The notes under the pieces: model-generated
The model's database searches: none
The model's input: the letters and a program-made list of their open reading frames with translations, nothing else
What the model was told of the DNA's origin: nothing
From: Fibrobacterales bacterium
Lineage (GTDB): Bacteria; Fibrobacterota; Fibrobacteria; Fibrobacterales; JAOPTW01
Assembly (NCBI GenBank): GCA_051532055.1
Contig: JAOPTX010000025.1
Location: 1 to 64,000 of the forward strand
Reading direction: 5' to 3'
DNA length: 64,000 bases
Translations under genes and position numbers: made by a program
Shown: one piece after another, positions 1 to 9,301 of the stretch
Layout of the letters: each line of letters opens with the position of its first letter
Numbering within the stretch: the stretch's first letter is position 1

Positions 1-786
1 GCGCCTTCTGCACTTGATGCTAAAACAAGTGGAAGAATCCTAGTAGGTGATGGCACTGACATTGCATCGGTTGCTGTCTCGGGAGATGTAACTATGGCAA
101 GTACTGGAGCAGTTACCATTGCAACTGATGCGGTAGATGGGACTGATATATCTCTTGCTTCTGAAGCTGATAGAGATATGATGTATTTTGACGGCACTGA
201 TTGGGCCAGATTAGCAAAAGGTACTTCAGGGCAAATATTAACCATGACAGGAGCAAATGCTATTGGCTGGGGAGCTGCAGCAGGTTTAAGTGACGGTGAT
301 GTTACAACTGCAAAAATTGAAGCCCTCACATCCGGGCAATTTATAATAGGTACTAACAATACCACTGCTGGAAATGCAAAAGTTACTATGGGCGGCGATG
401 CAACTATGGCAAATGATGGTACCGTAACTATCGCGGCAGATGCTGTTTCACTTGCTAAGATGGCGGATATTACCAGAGGTTCACTCATTATTGGTGGTGT
501 CGCAAATGCGCCTTCTGCACTTGATGCTAAAACAAGTGGAAGAATCCTAGTAGGTGATGGCACTGACATTGCATCGGTTGCTGTCTCGGGAGATGTGACT
601 ATGGCAAGTACTGGTGCAGTTACCATTGCAACTGACGCGGTAGCTGGAACTGATATCTCACTCGCTTCTGAAGCCGATAGAGATATGATGTATTTTGATG
701 GCACTGACTGGGTAAGACTAGCTAAAGGTACTAATGGACAGTTACTTACAATGACCGGAGCTAATGCAATTGGTTGGGCTGCAGCA
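1..786 (+). repeat. Intragenic direct repeat, period 507 bp (about 1-279 vs 508-786)
   Basis: gcgccttctgcacttgatgctaaaacaagtggaagaatcc occurs at 1 and 508; the peptide ...MMYFDGTDW(A/V)RLAKGT... occurs twice. Confidence 0.95.
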
Positions 787-1473
787 CCATCTGGTGAACT
801 GACAACTGCTTCTAATGGTTTAATATTAGCAACAAATGATGTTCAACTAGGGGGAGCACTTACTGCAAGCACTGAAATTACTCAAAGCGATGCAGAAGAA
901 TTAAAAATTACTAACAATAGTACAGCACACACAATAGTCGACCTTACGTCAACAGGGGATTTCCGTGTAGAGTTAAATGGTTCACCAAAATTCTGGGTTA
1001 ATGATGGTGGTTCTACGAGAGTAAATGGTATGCTACAATTAAATAGAGGAACTACTTCAGCAGGCGCAATACAATTCTATGAAGATGAAGACAATGGAAC
1101 TGACATCCTTCAAGTTGCCGCTCCAGCTTCTCTAAGTGCGGGTACTACAGTAGTTACCTTTCAAGATGCCGCTGGTACTATCGCACTGACATCAGACATC
1201 ACTGGAGGTACTTCTGCAGGTAGCTTTACTACACTCGCAGCATCAGGAGTATCAACGTTAACTGGTAATGTAAATATCGGAGCAGCAAATCTTACCATCA
1301 ACACCGACAAATTTATAGTAACCGGTGCAACAGGTAATACGGATATAGCGGGTAACCTTACCGTTGACGGTGCAGCATCATACATTGGTGATGCTGATAC
1401 TGATGTAGTGTATATGTATGCAGAAATGAGAGGTAATGCAGCCGGTAATTTGGTTGTACATCTTGGTCCATAG
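1..1473 (+). CDS. Repetitive Gly/Ala/Thr-rich surface or tail-fibre-like protein, 5' end outside window
   Basis: Frame is open from base 1 (APSALDAKTSGRILVGDGTD...) into ORF 94..1473; internal 169-aa repeat; beta-rich C-terminal part. Confidence 0.6.
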   Translation, partial: APSALDAKTSGRILVGDGTDIASVAVSGDVTMASTGAVTIATDAVDGTDISLASEADRDMMYFDGTDWARLAKGTSGQILTMTGANAIGWGAAAGLSDGDVTTAKIEALTSGQFIIGTNNTTAGNAKVTMGGDATMANDGTVTIAADAVSLAKMADITRGSLIIGGVANAPSALDAKTSGRILVGDGTDIASVAVSGDVTMASTGAVTIATDAVAGTDISLASEADRDMMYFDGTDWVRLAKGTNGQLLTMTGANAIGWAAAPSGELTTASNGLILATNDVQLGGALTASTEITQSDAEELKITNNSTAHTIVDLTSTGDFRVELNGSPKFWVNDGGSTRVNGMLQLNRGTTSAGAIQFYEDEDNGTDILQVAAPASLSAGTTVVTFQDAAGTIALTSDITGGTSAGSFTTLAASGVSTLTGNVNIGAANLTINTDKFIVTGATGNTDIAGNLTVDGAASYIGDADTDVVYMYAEMRGNAAGNLVVHLGP

Positions 1474-1577
1474 AGCATGAGATTTTAATAGAGTAGACAG
1501 TGTAAGTGATTGATTTTACACTGCTTATACAGGGAATAGTGTTATATTTTTTGTAGGTACATAAACGTGATAATAAA

Positions 1578-2150
1578 ATGCAGAAAGTAATTGTGATATT
1601 GGTACTAGCAGCAATACAAATGAGCTTTTCTCAAAAGTCGGCAGTAGTCTCGACAGACACCACTAATACAGTGAGTGGTAAAAAAACTATACCTTCTGAC
1701 ACTACATCAATTGAGAATGTGATCAAGTCACTCAATATTAAGCCAACTATAGAAGACTCTACATCTCAAAGTATTTCGAAAAAATATTCATCAACAAAAG
1801 AATCAGTGAAAGATATCTATAAAAAAGAGATTGAATTTAAACGAAGTAAAGAGACTACTGAAACACTGTGGTTAGTAAGTAGAATAACCTTAGGGGTATC
1901 GAGCCTTGGAATGGCAACCATGGGTTTTTTACACACTGGTGATGCTGAAGATAAATTAGCTCAACAACATAAAGTCTATGGTCAATATCTTGAACTTGAT
2001 GATAATGCACCTGATGAAGAATTTAATTCTACAAGAAATAACTATGACAGTTTAGAAAAGCAGATAGATACTCATATAGCAAAAGCATCTATTTACTATG
2101 GATTATCATTTTTTTTAACCGCAGGATTTTTTGTAACCTTTGCATTTTAA
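1578..2150 (+). CDS. Exported/membrane hypothetical protein
   Basis: Signal-peptide-like N-terminus and two hydrophobic segments in the C-terminal half; 1 bp upstream of the next gene. Confidence 0.6.
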   Translation: MQKVIVILVLAAIQMSFSQKSAVVSTDTTNTVSGKKTIPSDTTSIENVIKSLNIKPTIEDSTSQSISKKYSSTKESVKDIYKKEIEFKRSKETTETLWLVSRITLGVSSLGMATMGFLHTGDAEDKLAQQHKVYGQYLELDDNAPDEEFNSTRNNYDSLEKQIDTHIAKASIYYGLSFFLTAGFFVTFAF

Positions 2151-2151
2151 T

Positions 2152-3639
2152 ATGAATAGATATAAAATCATATACGCCATTTTTCTTTCACTCATATTTA
2201 TTGGGTGTGCAGAAAAAAATCCATATCCTAATTGGAATAATGCGTTTGACCCTGCAAATAAAATTTTGGTTCCCTTTCTTGAAAGTGATACTATTGTATC
2301 AATAAATAGTCCGGTAATTTTAACAACCCCTGACTCTATTGAAGATAAAAATGTACTACGTATATGGTATATCTCCAGAGATACTACAACACAGTCACAA
2401 ATAGATACACTGGTGACCTCAAATCAAGATACTGTTATTGCCGCACAAACAACTCCTGGTGAATATCGCTATCCCGTCACTCTCGAACATATTTATGTAA
2501 AGTCACAACAATTTAAAGACACTATGACTGTCACTGTTATGGATACGATTCCTACACTTATTTTCCCTATTGATACATTACAAGAAGGTTTGATTCCTGA
2601 AGATATAATTGGGTTTTATCAAGCGCGACTTCGTTGGGAACGAACCTATCCTGATTCATTACTAGTATACCGTATTCGATATGGGGTTACTCCCACAGAG
2701 CTTATTGATACCATATCTTTTATAGATACTAATTTTTATGATTTAGAAGGGCTTAATATTAACACTCTCTATTACTGGACTGTTGATGCTGTATTTAATA
2801 ATGGTGGTATTGACTCCATTGTATCGGATACTGTTATAGGTAATTTCAAAACAATTTCACCTGATGGAATGGTGCTTATTCCGGGTGGAACATTTACAAT
2901 GGGGAGTGATACAATAGGAGAAAGTGATGAATCTCCGAGGCATCAAGTAACGGTTAGTGATTTCTGGATGGACACAACAGAAGTTACTGTCACACAATAT
3001 CATTTTATTACTGAATCTGAAATTAGTATTCTCGACACGAGCTGTCTTAACTGCCCCAAAACAAAAGTAAATTGGTACTCAGCTATCCGATATGCAAATG
3101 AGATGAGTAAACGATACGGTACTGATACAGTCTATACTTATGACAACATAGAGTTTATATATGTTCAACCTACCAGTGCAGAAAAATTCACTAACCTCCT
3201 TGTCCAAGATTCAGTGGCCGGCTTTCGACTTCCCACTGAAGCAGAATGGGAATATGCAGCTCGCGGTGATACAACATCAAATTATTACTGGGGGGATGAT
3301 ACCACAACTGCAATCGTAAACCAATATGCTTGGTTTAATAGTGATGGTCCTAATTCAGTTGGAAGCCTCATCCCAAATGCCTATGGTCTATACGATATTC
3401 TTGGGAATGCATGGGAATGGGTACAGGATACTTACGACTCAACGGCGTATCAAAATCAAGAAGGAGTAGTAGACCCAACGGGACCTCAATATAATGATTC
3501 ACTTGGAGTTGTACGAGGATGTAGTTGGAGCGAAAATAAGAGTAGTTCTTGTATGGCCTTCGAGCGAAGAGTTGCTAATAAAATTATTGAGTCAAAAGAT
3601 TTTACTGGTTTTCGACTCGTCTTTAATATTCCCGACTAA
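2152..3639 (+). CDS. Lipoprotein with C-terminal FGE-sulfatase (SUMF1/EgtB/PvdO-type) domain
   Basis: Lipobox IFIGC; motifs GMVLIPGGTFTMGS, FRLPTEAEWEYAARG, PNAYGLYDILGNAWEW, GFRLV. Confidence 0.85.
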   Translation: MNRYKIIYAIFLSLIFIGCAEKNPYPNWNNAFDPANKILVPFLESDTIVSINSPVILTTPDSIEDKNVLRIWYISRDTTTQSQIDTLVTSNQDTVIAAQTTPGEYRYPVTLEHIYVKSQQFKDTMTVTVMDTIPTLIFPIDTLQEGLIPEDIIGFYQARLRWERTYPDSLLVYRIRYGVTPTELIDTISFIDTNFYDLEGLNINTLYYWTVDAVFNNGGIDSIVSDTVIGNFKTISPDGMVLIPGGTFTMGSDTIGESDESPRHQVTVSDFWMDTTEVTVTQYHFITESEISILDTSCLNCPKTKVNWYSAIRYANEMSKRYGTDTVYTYDNIEFIYVQPTSAEKFTNLLVQDSVAGFRLPTEAEWEYAARGDTTSNYYWGDDTTTAIVNQYAWFNSDGPNSVGSLIPNAYGLYDILGNAWEWVQDTYDSTAYQNQEGVVDPTGPQYNDSLGVVRGCSWSENKSSSCMAFERRVANKIIESKDFTGFRLVFNIPD

Positions 3640-3641
3640 AG

Positions 3642-3679
3642 AAGTATCCTAAAAATAAAGTTTAATTTTTAGGATACTT
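3642..3679. terminator. Bidirectional hairpin terminator
   Basis: Perfect 15-bp inverted repeat aagtatcctaaaaat/atttttaggatactt between convergent genes. Confidence 0.75.
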
Positions 3680-3683
3680 ATAC

Positions 3684-5645
3684 TTACAAATCAATACTTT
3701 TATTTTTCCGAATTGAGATTACATCTTTTAAGAGTTTATTATAAGTTTTTGACTTAAGTAATTCTTCAATGCTCTTATCCATTCTCCAAGTCCAGTTGGT
3801 TTCATCCATTGTACCGGGAATATTAATCCTCTCATCATCAGGGTTTTCATCCTTAATCATCGAACCATCAAGAGCCATATAATCTTGAAAAGGAATAATA
3901 GTTAAGAGTGAATTAGAATTAAGATTCCGTTCAATAATTTTACGAGCAAGTGCACTTGTTAATTCAGTAGGACATTCTCCTTCGTTATTAAGAAGTGGAT
4001 AATAGTTTTCTCTATCCCATTCCTCTTCCCAATACCCACGTAATGTGGATGAATCGTGACACGAAGGTGAACAAACAGAGAGACGAGGATAGTGACTCGG
4101 ATTAATAAATGGAGCCCCATCTGCATGATAGTCTCTCGCCCATCGTTCGATTTTCAAACTAAGCATTCCAAGTTCTTGAAGTACTTTACCGACACAATTT
4201 GGAACTACTCCCAAATCCTCAGCGCAAACAAGCATATCAGTCTCTTGCGCCATCATCCCTAAGAGCTTTCGTCCAAAATGCTCCCAAATTTCTTCTTGAA
4301 TACCATTGTTGTGATTTATCAAATCACCCAATACCTTCTGTTCATGATCAGGAAGGCCTGTAAACACTGGTGCATCATAGTAGTACCAAAAAGGGTAATA
4401 CTCACCTTCTGTATGAGATATAAAAACTCTATTCCAATATATAGTTCTGAGAATGTCTTTAACTTCTGAAGACTCATTCAAAGAATTTATTTTTTTCTCG
4501 CTATCAACACTTTCGCCTAATTTAAATTCACCTGGCTCAATTTCAGAGAAGTATCGTGATATTGCTTCGCCACAATACTCTCCCATTAGGTCACATATAT
4601 ACTCTTTTGAGTAAACAGGGTGAGTCAAATAACGAATAGTCTGATCTGAAAAGCCCATACCTTGGAGAGTATCTATAGTAATTGGTTTATAAGGATTAAA
4701 TACCCCAAGCATTCCACTCTGTTCAGATTCTTGTGTCTGCCAAATTCTAAAGAACCCAAGTACATGATCAATCCTAATAGCATGAAAGAATTTAGCAGAT
4801 TGCGCTAATCGCATTTTCCACCAAGAGAAATCATCCTTCTCTATAGTTTCCCATTTATAGCAAGGGAAACCCCAATTTTGACCAGTATAACTAAACATGT
4901 CTGGTGGGGCACCTGCACGCATACTTAAATCAAAGAATTTCCGCATTCCCCATACATCGGCACTATCCTCATTTATTAAAATGGGAATATCACCTTTAAT
5001 TTTTACACCGATAGCATCAAGAGACTGAACTACTTTCAAAAACTGATCTTCTGCAATGAATTGCACCCAGGCATAAAAGAGAACCTCTTCCCACTCTTTT
5101 TCCCAAAGTGTATCAATCATCTTAATTGTAGGGTTCTTCTCATCTCCCCATTCTTGCCATGACTTTTTACTATTCTTCTCTTTTAAAACAGAATAAGCAC
5201 AATACGTTCTCACCCAAGAGTTACTTTCAATCCACTTATGGAACTGAGTATCTCCTGCTACAATTGATGATTGATCAGTATATACTTTTTTTAAAATTTC
5301 CATTTTAAAACGATACAATTCAGAATAAAGAACTCGTTCACTGTCATTAAAATACTTTTTCTTCTTTTTCAGAAGCGCTGTGTATTTAGAAACTCCCTCT
5401 ATTGAATCTAGATGAAGAAAAATAGGGTTTAATGCAAAAGCACTCTTTGCTCCATAAGGAGAAGACTCTTCCCCTGTATCATTTACAGGCAACAGCTGAA
5501 TAAGATCTAAATCACACTTTTTACACCACTGAGCAAATGGTAATAGATCATTAAATTCACCAACACCACATCCCTCTTCTGAACGCAATGAAAAAAGTGG
5601 TATCGCTACACCAGCTTGAAAAGAATCAATTGTACCGTACTTCAT
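3684..5645 (-). CDS. malQ: 4-alpha-glucanotransferase (GH77 amylomaltase)
   Basis: AGVAIPLFSLRS, IQLLPVNDTG, KGDIPI, GAPPDMFS..GQNWGFP, RIDHVLGFFRIW, CAEDLG, RINIPGT; start taken at ATG 5645. Confidence 0.9.
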   Translation of the reverse strand: MKYGTIDSFQAGVAIPLFSLRSEEGCGVGEFNDLLPFAQWCKKCDLDLIQLLPVNDTGEESSPYGAKSAFALNPIFLHLDSIEGVSKYTALLKKKKKYFNDSERVLYSELYRFKMEILKKVYTDQSSIVAGDTQFHKWIESNSWVRTYCAYSVLKEKNSKKSWQEWGDEKNPTIKMIDTLWEKEWEEVLFYAWVQFIAEDQFLKVVQSLDAIGVKIKGDIPILINEDSADVWGMRKFFDLSMRAGAPPDMFSYTGQNWGFPCYKWETIEKDDFSWWKMRLAQSAKFFHAIRIDHVLGFFRIWQTQESEQSGMLGVFNPYKPITIDTLQGMGFSDQTIRYLTHPVYSKEYICDLMGEYCGEAISRYFSEIEPGEFKLGESVDSEKKINSLNESSEVKDILRTIYWNRVFISHTEGEYYPFWYYYDAPVFTGLPDHEQKVLGDLINHNNGIQEEIWEHFGRKLLGMMAQETDMLVCAEDLGVVPNCVGKVLQELGMLSLKIERWARDYHADGAPFINPSHYPRLSVCSPSCHDSSTLRGYWEEEWDRENYYPLLNNEGECPTELTSALARKIIERNLNSNSLLTIIPFQDYMALDGSMIKDENPDDERINIPGTMDETNWTWRMDKSIEELLKSKTYNKLLKDVISIRKNKSIDL

Positions 5646-5649
5646 ACTG

Positions 5650-7386
5650 TTATCTCGTCTTAAATTCAACGAGCCGAGGTATAACAGAGCAGATAGTAAT
5701 TCGTTTATGATTGTATTGATCAGGAGACATCCTCATCATACGAACCTGCCAACTTTTACCTGCAAACTGTGTAATCAACTCATAGTTATCTTTAGTTTTG
5801 TTCCAGGTAAAAGATTCAAAAGATTTGAATCCAGGACATTTTTTCTCACCAAGGTGAGTACCACTTCCGGAAATACGAGCATTTGCACGTATTGTTGAAC
5901 CAAGAAGATCGATATAAGCTTTGGTTGTATCTGTAAGATATACATGTACCCCCCAAAAGCTGTTCTTATTAAATCGTACAACATGTTCATGTAAAATGTC
6001 ATCTACATAAAAAGTTTCTTTATACACACCATTTCTAATTTTCTTAAAGTCAGAGATTGGATATCGTTTGAAAAACTCTTTTTCAGTAGCTCCCCAAGGC
6101 ACAAGAAAATGCCCTAACTCAACCTTACCTTCTAAAAGAACTATTTTTTTCTTCTCAACTTCAATCACTTTTTTGTCAGATTGAGAAATCATATCTTTAA
6201 CTTGTTTTTCAAGAGCCAACTCTTTTTGACTTTTGTTAACAACCGGTTTTACTATTTCCTTAGACTTTACAACTGCCACTTCAAATGCTTTTCCTGCAGA
6301 ATTCAATGACTTTAGGGATGTCTCATATAAGCGGGCCTTATCAAACTCTATCTCTGCTTTATCACTATTACCGCTATTCAAATAAGCCACACCAAGTGCA
6401 TAACGTAACCAGCCATTTTTAGGCCGGTCATTCACCAAACTATCTAAGAGCACTATACTACTTATGGAGTTTCCTTCAATAGGAGGTTTTGATTTAATAG
6501 GAGGAATTTTTTGTCCAAGTGTTGTAAGAGCTTTCTGCGCCTCATTACTTTCTGGATCCAATTTTAAAATTTTATTATAGGTCTCTCGTGCTTCATCAAC
6601 ATCACCATCATATTCAAGTAACAGCCCTTTTAAATAAAGAAGACTTTTATTATAAGGAAATTGATCAATTGCATAATTAACCACCCTAAAACAGGTATCA
6701 AGATCAGCGGTATTATGGTAAATGTGGGCTAACATAGAGTACTGTTTTTCTAAAGACTCAGTATCTAACGTGATTGAATATTTGAGATACTCGAGTGACG
6801 AAGGGTATTTTTTACCTTGAAGATTAATGAGTGCGAGTTCAAAGTATGATGGTGCATATATTGGAGATAATTCAATAGACTTTTCAAAGGATTTCAGTGC
6901 CTGATCATTATTATTCATCAGTAGATTATATTGCCCAGTTATAAAGTAAAGAGCGGGGTGTTCTGGATTAAGTGATTTCGCTTGTTGAATATAGACGCGT
7001 ACATCATCAAGTAATGATTTAGTAAGTTCCTGATATGAAAGAATATTTTTTGATGCATAGAAGTAGATTGCAAACTCTTCAGGATATTTTTTAATCAGAC
7101 CATCAAATATTTTCTTTGAAGATTTAACCCCTTTCATTTCATGATATTGAATTGCCTGTTTATAGAGTTTTTGATCAGCTGGGTCAAGCTTAGGTAACTC
7201 CTTTGGTACAGAGTAATCTCGACCAATATCAAGTTCCGTCCCAATATCTAATCCAAAGGGAACATATTCTGGTTTTATAGTACGAGAAAAAAGGATATCA
7301 AAGGCTTGGTAGCCTCCCATCCCCACAAGTGCACATACTATTAACGTCAAAAAAAGATAAGTAGAGAACTTAATTAATTTTATCAT
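5650..7386 (-). CDS. Membrane-anchored tetratricopeptide repeat protein
   Basis: N-terminal hydrophobic helix; TPR-like repeats (ALKSFEKSIELSPIYAPSYFELA, ARETYNKILKLDPE). Confidence 0.75.
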   Translation of the reverse strand: MIKLIKFSTYLFLTLIVCALVGMGGYQAFDILFSRTIKPEYVPFGLDIGTELDIGRDYSVPKELPKLDPADQKLYKQAIQYHEMKGVKSSKKIFDGLIKKYPEEFAIYFYASKNILSYQELTKSLLDDVRVYIQQAKSLNPEHPALYFITGQYNLLMNNNDQALKSFEKSIELSPIYAPSYFELALINLQGKKYPSSLEYLKYSITLDTESLEKQYSMLAHIYHNTADLDTCFRVVNYAIDQFPYNKSLLYLKGLLLEYDGDVDEARETYNKILKLDPESNEAQKALTTLGQKIPPIKSKPPIEGNSISSIVLLDSLVNDRPKNGWLRYALGVAYLNSGNSDKAEIEFDKARLYETSLKSLNSAGKAFEVAVVKSKEIVKPVVNKSQKELALEKQVKDMISQSDKKVIEVEKKKIVLLEGKVELGHFLVPWGATEKEFFKRYPISDFKKIRNGVYKETFYVDDILHEHVVRFNKNSFWGVHVYLTDTTKAYIDLLGSTIRANARISGSGTHLGEKKCPGFKSFESFTWNKTKDNYELITQFAGKSWQVRMMRMSPDQYNHKRITICSVIPRLVEFKTR

Positions 7387-7395
7387 CTGCTCTTA

Positions 7396-8220
7396 TTATT
7401 CAAGATCTTTGAAATCACCAAGAATGTCTTTATAATCCTTAGACTTCAAAAGCTTACGAAGGGTTTTATTTTTAATTTGTCGTACTCGTTCACGAGTAAG
7501 TTTCATCTCTTTTCCAATCTCATCAAGTGTATATTCACGAGAATTTTCGAGGCCGAAAAACATTTTGAGTACTTTACCTTCACGCTCGGGTAACTCATAG
7601 AGAATTTCAGAAATTACATCTTTCAACTCTCTTTTCTCATTTTTATCTTCTTGCTTAGGATCATCACCAAGTACATCGAGAAGAGTACTAACGGAATCAA
7701 CATCACCATCACTAATTGGAGTGTCAAGAGATACCTCGATAATTTTTTCCATTACCTCAGCAATTTCTTTTTCTCTACCCGCAAATTCTGCCTCAGAAAT
7801 AGTCACATTGTAGTCACCATTATTTTCCATGAGGCGTTTTTTAAAACGGTTAACCATAGCGAGCTTATTAGGAGGAATTCTTACCGCACCAACATACTCA
7901 AAGAGAGCTTTTTGAATCGATTGACGGATCCACCAAACGGCGTATGAAATGAATTTCACACCTTTGGAGTCATCAAATCTTTTTGCAGCCTTATAAAGAC
8001 CAAGGTTTCCTTCATTAATCAGTTCAAGAAGTGATAATCCTCGCCCTTGATACTTACGGGCAACACTGATAACAAATCGTAAATTACCCAAAATAAGTCT
8101 CTTAAGGGCAATATTATCACCCTTTTTCACTAAATGGAGGAGTGCTTTTTCTTCTACCACGGTGAGGGTATCATACCGGCCGAGGTCACGGAAGTATAGA
8201 GTTTCGCTGGTTTCGCTCAT
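7396..8220 (-). CDS. RNA polymerase sigma factor, short RpoD/SigA family lacking region 1.1
   Basis: NLRFVISVARKYQGRGL, LINEGNLGL, KFISYAVWWIRQSI, YTLDEIG..LTRERVRQI. Confidence 0.92.
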   Translation of the reverse strand: MSETSETLYFRDLGRYDTLTVVEEKALLHLVKKGDNIALKRLILGNLRFVISVARKYQGRGLSLLELINEGNLGLYKAAKRFDDSKGVKFISYAVWWIRQSIQKALFEYVGAVRIPPNKLAMVNRFKKRLMENNGDYNVTISEAEFAGREKEIAEVMEKIIEVSLDTPISDGDVDSVSTLLDVLGDDPKQEDKNEKRELKDVISEILYELPEREGKVLKMFFGLENSREYTLDEIGKEMKLTRERVRQIKNKTLRKLLKSKDYKDILGDFKDLE

Positions 8221-8385
8221 AATTCTTTGATTTTCTTATAGTTGCGTCAAAGTTCCAAAAATTAAATATTGGAATTATTTTACTTACTGTCAAACAAATT
8301 CTCATTACCATTATAACAATATTTATTTGAAATAACCGTATAAAACGGGATCTACAGGCAGATATTTGACACAACTATTGTAGAC

Positions 8386-8421
8386 AAAAAGAGTCAGAAG
8401 CGTATACAACTTCTGACTCTT
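8386..8421 (-). terminator. Rho-independent terminator of mrp
   Basis: aagagtcagaag/cttctgactctt stem with an A-run on the left (U-tract on the minus strand). Confidence 0.8.
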
Positions 8422-8445
8422 CACACTCTATAATACTCTTCTTAT

Positions 8446-9246
8446 TTACCCAGTAATGTTCACCACTTTACCTGCCAATTCTATAAACGCTGCAGCTGTA
8501 GGTGAATTGGGATCTGCATAGACAATTGGTTTACCATTATCAGCACCTTGTGCAATACTTGGATCCATAGGGAGTTCTGCTAAAACAGGTACACTAAACT
8601 GATCAGATAGTGACTTTCCACCACCGGATGGGAAGATGTAATGCTTTTTATCACAGTTATCACAAACAAAATATGACATGTTTTCAATAAGGCCAAATAC
8701 AGGAACACTCACAGTATTAAACATTGCTATCCCTTTACGCGCATCTATAACACTCACCTCTTGTGGTGTTGTTACGACAAGGGCGCCTGTGAGCTCGCCA
8801 CTTTGAGTGAGAGTTAATTGCACATCACCTGTTCCTGGAGGAAGGTCAATAAGGAGGTAATCAAGTTCTCCCCACTCCACTTGTTTCATAAATTGCTCAA
8901 TCATTTGATGAACTTTTGGGCCACGCCAGATTACGGCTTTTTCCGGATCAACAAGCATTCCCATAGAGATAACTTTAATACCACCAAAAGTTTCAACCGG
9001 TTGCAATTTTCCATCAATAACTTCAGGTTTTGCATCACCCAAATTAAACATAAGCACTTGAGATGGACCATAAATATCAGCATCCATAATGCCAACTTTT
9101 GCTCCTGAAAGCGAAAGGGCCATTGCTAAATTTGCAGTAACTGATGATTTCCCGACTCCTCCTTTACCTGAGGCTATGCCGATTCTATTTTTAACTTTTG
9201 CGAGAGTTGCAATTGGTTGTTTTTCTGCTACAGGTTGTCCAGCCAT
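8446..9246 (-). CDS. mrp: Mrp/NBP35 (ApbC) Fe-S cluster carrier ATPase
   Basis: SGKGGVGKS, DADIYGPS, WRGP, DLPPGTGD, ENMS..CxxC. Confidence 0.92.
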   Translation of the reverse strand: MAGQPVAEKQPIATLAKVKNRIGIASGKGGVGKSSVTANLAMALSLSGAKVGIMDADIYGPSQVLMFNLGDAKPEVIDGKLQPVETFGGIKVISMGMLVDPEKAVIWRGPKVHQMIEQFMKQVEWGELDYLLIDLPPGTGDVQLTLTQSGELTGALVVTTPQEVSVIDARKGIAMFNTVSVPVFGLIENMSYFVCDNCDKKHYIFPSGGGKSLSDQFSVPVLAELPMDPSIAQGADNGKPIVYADPNSPTAAAFIELAGKVVNITG

Positions 9247-9301
9247 CTCTAATCCTATGGTATCAGTTCATTAATTATCACACTATTAATGAAACTATAA
9301 G

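Noticed and set aside
2870..3639. FGE-sulfatase C-terminus as a diversity-generating retroelement target
   Set aside because: The fold is a known DGR target, but no template repeat or reverse transcriptase was seen in the window.
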